Positions 10,556 to 18,058 of a stretch of 20,000 nt of DNA are shown here, one piece after another; position 1 is the stretch's first letter; the number at the start of each line of letters is the position of its first letter. A program made the translations under genes and the position numbers. Origin of the DNA: Moniliella sp. 'wahieum' (Eukaryota); assembly GCA_003971905.1 (NCBI GenBank), contig RSEE01000081.1:294250-314249 (forward strand). Reading direction: 5' to 3'. The notes below the pieces were generated by a model. It searched no databases, was not told the origin of the DNA, and was given only the letters and a program-made list of their open reading frames with translations.

Positions 10556-12359
10556 TTAGCCCCCCCGTGCCGCATCTGCGCTACTCTGCCCCCGAACAGG
10601 GCTGGCGGCAATGGGCTGTGGTGCCTTCTTCTCGAGCGCATACCCGTTGGGGCCAATGACCACCCCCGCCTGGCCTGGATGCCCCGTGTAGCCCGGCACT
10701 TGTTCCTCCTCTTGCGGGTGGTGGGTGTAATCCTGCATGTGCTGAGGATCCTCCTCCTCTTCAGGTTCCGACTCCTCGGCAATGTGATCATGGGCAGGGA
10801 CTAGATGTTGGGGGTGAACGCCCTCATCCTCGGATTCGGTCTCGTATTCCACTTCTTCCTCTTCCTCAGACCCATCTTGACCATAGTACGCCTCTTCCCC
10901 ATCTTCCTCCTCCTCTTCCTCTTCTTCTTCTTCTTCTTCGTAATCATCATCTTCATACTCCTCCTCCGACTCGGAGCGGTACCCCACAGCACGGACCGCG
11001 GCCGGCACCGGGCCCGAGCGGTCCATTTGCTCCGACGTGGTGAGGTAGACCTTGGAGAGCTGCTTAATGTCGTTCCACCACTCCATCATCTCGGTATGAC
11101 TGCGGGCGCGGAAGACATAAGCCTGTTCACCGCGCAGACTAGCCAAGGGGCTGTCGGATTTGCCGCGGTGATGCGGAACTTGTGGCTACGCGAGGCCATG
11201 GTGGACGGCGCTCCGAGTGTGCATACAGGGAGGAAGAGGGAAAGGGAGGGCTTGGGATGGCGATGCGGATCCGAAGAGGCGTGTTCATGCAAGTAGCCGG
11301 CAGGAGTAAGAACATAGAACCCCTCACGGTACGACTTGGTCAGACGACTCTTCCGTTCCAAAATACCATGGTGGACAGGGATGACCGACGGGTCGTCCTT
11401 GCCCGGATAGTCGATCGTTTCGGGGTTGCGCAGTGGAGTGTCCGGGTCTAGCAGATGGTCTGAACGAGCAGCAAACGCAATCCACTCGGCATTGGGTTGG
11501 AGGCTGCGCATCTGTACTCCAAGGGAGAGCCACGTGTCCTGCACCTGAGCCGACATGCGGCCCGACCACTCGTCAAACGTTTGCCAGGCAGACTGAATGG
11601 AACGAACGATTCCTTCTTCAAAGTGTGCTGAGTTTTGCTGCATGATGATGATGGACTTTTGCAGAGCATTCTCCTCGTTGACCTGCTTGTGCAACTGACG
11701 ATAGACGAGGGAGTTCTGGGCCCAAGGGTCCTCACGCGCTGTGACACTCATGGGGCGTTCTTGAGGAGGGTAATCGACTTGGCCAGATCAGTGACCATCT
11801 TGGTCGACAGTTCACGCTCCTTGGCCACACTGCTGGCGAGTTTGCCCGTGTCGAGCTGGACGTTGCGAATGTGGGCCTTGATCTCGGTGCGGAGCTTCTC
11901 GAGGTGCTGGACAATGGAGCCCTCGACAGTCTTGCCCAGATTGGCGTGGTGGTCTGCGATGACACGCGTCTTGTCGCGGATGGAATAGTAGACGTCCTGG
12001 ATTCCATCCTCACCGAGGAACTGGTTCCCCTCGCGGAAAGGGACTTGAATCACACCTCCGAGCCTGGTCAGCTCGCGGGCAGTGTTGTACTCAATGTCAG
12101 CGATGCCCTCAAAGTAGGCAATGAGCTGTTTGGTAATGTGCTTCCATCCTGAAAGAAAAAAGTTAGCAGAGAGAGGGGGACAAACAAGGGTTAGGTGTGG
12201 TGGGGGTGACGTACCAGTGAAGCGCTCGATGAGCAGGTCGCTTGGCCGCAGCTCGTTGGGGCCGGTGTTCTTCTTGATGAGCGACGCGTTGCGTGAGGTG
12301 GCCGCCGAGCGGCGAGAGACGACGGAATGAGTGATGGACTGTGCGTCGTACAGTGACAT
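10556..12359 (-). CDS. SLM1: Slm1/Slm2-like phosphoinositide-binding protein (BAR-like helical region, PH domain, acidic tail); one intron, frameshifted
   Basis: Helical N-terminal region LLIERFTGWKHITKQLIAYFEGIADIE..EDPW..QVNEENALQKSII, then a PH domain (HGILERKSRLTKSYREGFYVLTPAGYLHEH..PSLSLFLPVCTLG..AYVFRARSHTEMMEWWNDIKQL) and a poly-E/D tail. Frame breaks near 11750 (G run) and 11165. The exact C-terminus is uncertain because a homopolymer run sits just before the stop. Confidence 0.75.
12149..12214 (-). other. Spliceosomal intron (66 nt, 3n, no in-frame stop) in the SLM1-like gene
   Basis: Donor GTACGT at 12214, branch GCTAAC, T-rich tract, CAG ending at 12149. Removal restores ERFTGWKH. 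Confidence 0.88.
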
Positions 12360-12589
12360 GGCGAGCGGGAGGGGTGGGGGTGGTGGTGGGGGGGGATGGT
12401 GGTGGGTGGGCCGGCGAGCACGCCTGCCGCGAGCGCGTCAGCGTTCAATTGAAGCTTGAAGCTTCCCTTGAAGCTTGAACGCTTGCCCTGAGGAGCAGCT
12501 GAGCGAAGGGAGTAGTGGCCCAAGCCTCCGAGCGACGCTGACCGGTGAGGGCTTGGCGTGAAGGTGGAAGGGTGACGATGATCGGCTGT

Positions 12590-12807
12590 GCTGCATGTGC
12601 TGCCGCGCCCTGCCCTGGCGCCGCTCTGCGCGCGGATGGCGGGCAGGCGTGGCGCCAGTGTGCATCTGCGGCGCCTGTGCTAGGCTGGGCCAGTGCGGGG
12701 CGCTCCGGCTCCGGCATGCGGGTACACTGGCGCCACGCCTGCCTGTCGGCGGCCGGCCAGGGTCTGCGACGGGGCGGCTGCGCGCCGCGGCTGCGCACAA
12801 ATGCAGC
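12590..12807. repeat. Long imperfect inverted repeat (fold-back) with a perfect 20-bp core
   Basis: GGCAGGCGTGGCGCCAGTGT (12642-12661) is the exact reverse complement of 12724-12743. Outer pairings are 12613-12624 with 12749-12762 and 12590-12600 with 12795-12807. Confidence 0.85.
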
Positions 12808-13739
12808 TGCATGCATCCCGGCTGGCCTGGCTGGCGTCTGTGCCTGCGGACATCCTGGACATTTCAACCCTGGGCTTTCAATATTCAATCGGCACGGCAC
12901 ACTGCCCCCACACCACGCCTCTCTCAGCACCACGGGCGCAGTAGGCGGCCGTCCTGCTCCTTCGCCGAGCAGTCGGCTGTCTATAATGCCTGCCATGTCA
13001 CAGGGACCACAGCTGAGCTGGACGTTTAGTTGAACATTCTACTCAGCGCAGCCTTCAAGCTGCTCTTGAAGCGTACAAAACAAGACATTCGTGTCCATCA
13101 GCGTCACCATTGATGAGATCGAGAGCACACTTCGATCCAGATGGTAATAGGTGCCAGAGCTCCCGGAGCCTTGTGGGCTGCCTGCGTCCAACCCGGGTAT
13201 CGATTTCACAGACAACTTTCGCAGCTTTTGTGGGGGAGGGACTTTGCATGGACGACCCACTTCATGCTTTCCTTATGGCCTCGATCCCTCTATGCAGGTT
13301 CTGCCAGAGATTTGGATTTAGCCCCTCGCACCCCTCCGAATTCTCTTTTCCCCGCACTTTGTCCACTCGGGGTATGCTGTGCTTCCTCATGCTAGCGTAC
13401 GTCTAACCCAGTCAGGAGGCCAGCAGTGTGGAGTCTCGTCAACAGGTCCGGACCTTCTCTCTCGCGGCAATCTCTTAGTTCCAAATCGGATGTAGAGCGA
13501 GTGGAGATGAATGAGCATGACACGCATGCGAGTTTTCAACGTTCAAGATGGTCCATCTCCACAATGAGACTCTCCAGTTAGGCCTTTCCACTGTGCTCAA
13601 CCCTTGAAACGAGAGCTGTGTTGACTGGGAAGTATATGCAACACTTCTATCCCTCTTCTCTCGTCAGCCACACAACACACGCTGCTATCTTGTCATCACA
13701 TCAAGTTTCGATTCCCACCGAAACCCCAAACGTCAGATC

Positions 13740-15232
13740 TTAAACCCCCCGTTGGCTCATCTGCAAAGCCAGCGCCAATTGCTCTTCTTCCGTCAGGTCG
13801 TCCAAGTCCTCTAGATCCAGGTCCACGTCTGCCTCGGGACCAAACTCGGGCTCCGGTGGGTTCTGTTCCTCAGCTGCAGGCGCAGACGAAGTAGGAGGAG
13901 CAGGAGCAGGAGCTGGAGCTGGAGCTGGAGCTGGAGCTGGAGCTGGAGCTGGAGCAGAAGCAGGAGCAGGAGCTGGAGTTGGAGGGTCTGTGGAACCTTT
14001 CCCCTGTGTACCAGAGAGCTGAAGTGCCAACGCCAACTGAGCCGCTTCGTCCGTCTTCCAGGTCCCGCAATTCGAAGTCCAAATCTTCCTCTGCCTCCTT
14101 CGCCTCTGTAGCCTGCTGTGGCACAGGCGGTACAGGCCGAAGAGTGTCGCTCGTCTCTTCTTCCGACCGTTGCCGTTTGGTTCCCCGTTCTTCTGTGTTG
14201 GTCGGGCCAAACGTACGTTTGGGAGCGAGAGGTCTCTTGCCCTCCCGACGCAAGGCCATGACGGCACGTAGAGCAGGATGATCTGGTACTGTGGGTTTCA
14301 GTCCGTTCCTCAACAGGGGGTGGGAGGGGGCATAAGATCCGGATCGCCTGGAGGAAGGAGGGCTTCTTCTTCAGGAGAAGGGTCCCTCCTTGGCCCAGCC
14401 GATGCTTCCCTTTCAGTATTGTGCATAGCTTCCTGAGCCTTGCGTTGGCGCATGGTTCGTGTCTCTCCCACGCGGAAGGGTTGGTGTGAAACGCTTCTCG
14501 GATGTTACGAACTTTGGCTGGGCCAAAACCAGTGAGGCAGGACAACTGATCCGCCGAGGTGCGCACAATCGAGTCGAGAGAACCCAAATTGGAAGTGAGC
14601 GTAACGACATCTGTCTTGTTCACCCGGTCCACCGCGGTGAGGAGGGATTCCATCTGTTGGCCGTACTCGGCCCTGGGGCGACCTCGGATTGCATCAGGAG
14701 GTTTCTTCTCAAAAAGCTTGTACATCTCAATGTAATTCGCAGCCTCTTCGTTGTTCCAAGCCATGACGATGACCAAATCATTGAGCAGTGCCATGCGCGA
14801 AAGCTCGCGCACATCCGTCATCGAGTCGTGCACATCATTCATCACCAGCAACACTCGCAGCTCAAAGGATCGACCTAGTTTCTGGATCCGTTCCTGAATG
14901 TAGTACGGCTTGGCCCGATGGTACATGAGGCTGGATCGTGTCAGATAAAGCAAATGAATACATCAGAACATGAGAACAAACCTGAGAAAGAGGATCGCTG
15001 TCGTCCCCATCTGAAAATCAGGCACAATCTCTGCCATTTCCCAGCCAACTCCCTTGATTGACGATAAAAGCGGGTTCTTGCGCTGGGACTTATTGACCAG
15101 GATGGTGTTGCCTCCACCTAAGCCACGGATGATAGGCCTGGGCCTAGGCCTAGGCCGCGGCCTGTTACCAGGTGGAGCAGGTTGGTGAGAGGAAGATCCC
15201 TCGCCAGAACCAGCAGTAGGAGCGGCACTCAT
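13740..15232 (-). CDS. ERCC1: DNA excision repair protein ERCC1 (Rad10/Swi10) with a long C-terminal tail; one intron, frameshifted
   Basis: NTILVNKSQRKNPLLSSIKGVGWEMAEIVPDF..LFLS-LMYHR..YIQERIQKLG..LRVLLV..AWNNEEAANYIEMYK, then the (HhH)2 region VNKTDVVTLTSNLGSL..LTGFGPAKV. Removing a 2-nt CA duplication near 14485 restores AFHQPFRVG. ATG 15232 lies in an ACCGCC context. The core call is strong; assignment of the tail (13740-14330) needs two more frame corrections. Confidence 0.88.
13897..13974 (-). repeat. Coding hexamer repeat (GGAGCT/GGAGCA on the + strand) x13 encoding a Pro-Ala linker
   Basis: Tandem ggagct/ggagca units, translated APAPASAPAPAP.. on the minus strand. Confidence 0.9.
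14931..14981 (-). other. Spliceosomal intron (51 nt) in ERCC1
   Basis: AG|GTTTGT donor at 14981, CTGAC branch, CAG ending at 14931. Splicing restores the conserved LFLSLxYH. Confidence 0.88.
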
Positions 15233-15473
15233 GGCGGTGGTGGTACAGACCCGACTGCAGCCCCAGCAACCAACCGGACTACGCACAATGGCCACAATGG
15301 CCCTGGGCAATTATCGAGGTGACTTGGTTGATTGATGACGTCGGTGCAACCTGCCAGTGATTTAATTTTTTATTTCTTTTTGATATGCAATTCCTCCATT
15401 GCGGCGCCACCAAAATTTTTCTGGGTTCTACGCCCCATCAACTCAAGCGCCTCCATCGTCGACGACCGCAACC
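15233..15473. promoter_or_regulatory. Short divergent (probably bidirectional) promoter between ERCC1 and NUG1
   Basis: 241 bp between head-to-head ATGs, with a central AT-rich poly-T patch (15360-15382) and AAAATTTTTC at 15412-15421. Confidence 0.6.
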
Positions 15474-17885
15474 ATGGGGCAACGTACCGCTGCCAGCCGC
15501 CGCAAGCAGCAAGGGAGACAGGACAAGCGCAACGGTGCCCAAAGGAAAGGCGCGCTTCCTACTTCCGGCCCCAATGGCGGTGGAGGAAAGGAAGGCCTGC
15601 CTGCCTTTTTTAAGCATCGCAAGTACGCTGCCGCCGCCGCCGCGCACGAGAGCGGGACGAGGTCCGGGGAGGCGAGGTAGAGATGGACGAAGCTGGTGAA
15701 GGTGGGTCCCTTGCGTCGGAAACGGCTACTGTTGCCCAAGTGCCCCAATCCGACTTTCAATTTACCCTCCGCCCCGACGCAGAGGGGGAGACGTATGCCT
15801 CCCTTTCGGCGGACCGAGCATTGACGGGGGGCAAGGACAGTTCTCTGCGTGCCTACTCGGGTCAGTTGAAGGAACTGATTGCATCTTCGGATGTTATTGG
15901 AGGTGTTGGATGCGCGGGACCCGATGGCCTGTAGGTCCTTGACCACCGAGACCCTGGCCTTGGGACAGGGAAAAAGGGTGATTCTCATTCTCAACAAGGT
16001 TGATTTGGTGCCGCGAGAAAACGTGGAGCGGTGGCTCAAATTTTTACGCCATGACTTTACCACCTTGGCATTCAAGGCCTCGACGCAGCAGCAGCGCTCT
16101 CATCTAGCCCAGGGGGCTGGGAAGGTGCCCTCCGCGGGGGCCGGCGCATTGCACACAGGCAACGAGGCTTTGGGAGCCACCGCGCTGTTGCAGCTAATGA
16201 AGAACTATTCGCGTAACTTTTCAGTCAAGACATCCTTGACGGTCGGGATCTTTGGAGCGCCCAATGTGGGCAAGTCTTCCCTGATCAATTCGCTCAAGCG
16301 GGCCCGGGTATGTGGTGTGGCCTCTACCCCGGGTCACACCAAGGTGCTCCAATCTGTCGCGCTCGACAAAAAGATCCGGCTGATCGATTGCCCCGGCGTG
16401 TCATTTCATGAGCCTCCCTCGGCCGGGAAGGGGATGACTGAGTTTGACACGATGGCTGCTGCCCTCCGAAACGTGGTTAAGGTCGAATTACTGGAAGACC
16501 CTATCACTCCCGTCCGAGCCATCCTTTCCCGTGTCCCCATTTCCCAATTGGAAGAAGTGTACGACCTCCCGCCTTCCTCTTCCCTTGGTCAAGAAGGAGA
16601 CGAAGTGGATGTGACACAACCGATTCCCTCCCCTACCCTACTTATGGCACAACGCTTCCTCCTCCGCTCGCCCTGCGCCGAGGACGGCTACAATCTGCTA
16701 CCGGCGCACCGGATCTCGAGGGTTCAGCCCGCTCGGTTCTGCATGATTGGAATGTGGGCAAAATCAAGTACTGCACTGCACCTCCGCTCGTTCATCGTTC
16801 CGCCCTCGTTGACCCCAATGCGACCACCAAGGCACCTACGTCTTCGGTTTCGCAGCAGACCGACGCTGAAGCCGCTCGGGCTGCAATTAACGCCACAAGC
16901 GAAATCAAGACCACATTGGATAAGGAGTTTGATCTAGATGCGCTCTTTGCCGGGCTGGACAATCCGGACGAGGCGCTGCAAGGTGCTCAAGCCGCCGACG
17001 AGGGCAACACGGGCCGGGAAGTGTAGCCCAAGGCGGCGCAGCGCTCCAAGCCCGCGAACGCAGGTTTGCTACCCAACAGGACTTGGATCGTGCCGCCGGA
17101 GTTGAGACGATCGAGGAGGATGACGAAGACGAAGCTATTGTGCCTCCTGCCCCGGTCCCGGCCCCTGCTCTGGTTTCCGAACCCGCCAACACTTCGCTTG
17201 GGAAAAGGCGGAGGGACCTAGACGATTCCGATGAGGAGGAAGAGATGGTTCCTTCATACCTTCAACCCACTGGTTTCGACACGGACTCAGATGATGAGGA
17301 TTTGGTGCCACGTCGTCTCCGACCCCCGCCCCCGCCGGAGGAAGATGATGTGATGGTCCCCGTCCCCGCGGGCGGAGGATCTGAAGAACCTGTGGAGGCG
17401 ACGCAGAACCTCCCTTCCTGGTTGGAGAAACAGCAACGCAAGGCAGCGCAAGAGCGCAAGCATACCGACCTCGGCAAGCGCTCTCAATTGGCTACCATCT
17501 TTTCCGAGCAAGAACTCGAGGGGATCCAGTTGCAGTCCAAGGGCAAGGCGCGCAAAAGGCCCGCAAACTCGCTCGCCGTGAACGTCGGGCTAACGCGGAT
17601 GGTCTGGGCGAATTGATCGAGATGGGTATGGGCCTTGCCGAGGAGGAGGACCCCGAGGTATACGCCGCAGGCTCAGGACAATCCAAGTTTGCCCCGGGCG
17701 CTGGGCCCAAACCTACCTCGCCTGAGGCCATTGATACGGACGATGAGGAGGTCGCTGCTCCTCGGGCCCAGCCGAAGAACGCGTTTGCTCTCTTGAACGT
17801 CGAGGGGGGCAGCGATGAGGAGGAGGAGGAGGAGGAAAGCAAGCCGGAGGCACCTGTCGCTGTTGATGAAGATGAGGAACTGTAA
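15474..17885 (+). CDS. NUG1: Nucleolar circularly permuted GTPase of the Nug1/Grn1/GNL3 family; frameshifted
   Basis: SDVI/LEVLDARDP, G4 LNKVDLVPRENVERWLKFLR, G1 GAPNVGKSSLINSLKR, G2 STPGHT and G3 DCPG appear in the permuted order G4-G1-G2-G3. Then RRGRL..PDLEGSARSVLHDWNVGKIKYCTAPP and a long acidic tail to TAA 17883-17885. Frame breaks near 15680, 15898, 16665, 17022 and 17555. Confidence 0.85.
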
Positions 17886-18058
17886 CCCGCTTGTAGGCAA
17901 GACGAGCGGACGAAACTATGGCAATATTGTCTTTGGCTAAACAATTCGGGTTGCTGGGAGGCACTAGAGCTCCGAGTGCAAACGCGAGTGAGATGTAACG
18001 AAGGATTCCGAACTGGTACAGGTGGTAGGTATCTCGCCAAAGACAAGGATATATAGAA

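Noticed and set aside
9440..10970. GAG/GAA/GAT triplet repeats in EBP2 and SLM1 and the antisense poly-Ser/Leu/Phe ORFs
   Set aside because: They simply encode acidic tracts, and the antisense ORFs are shadows of them.
12438..13033. Overlapping 120-180 aa ORFs on both strands
   Set aside because: Ala/Arg/Pro/Gly-rich products are expected from very GC-rich, stop-poor DNA. The fold-back structure explains the region better.
13411..13452. CAGGTCCGGA, resembling the start of SRP RNA helix 8
   Set aside because: It is not followed by the GNRA loop and AGCAG 3' strand required for helix 8.
8489..17885. Functional gene cluster (two 60S-biogenesis genes plus splicing, repair and chromatin genes)
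   Set aside because: The genes are ordinary conserved housekeeping loci in mixed orientation with unrelated genes between them; nothing indicates a dedicated pathway cluster.
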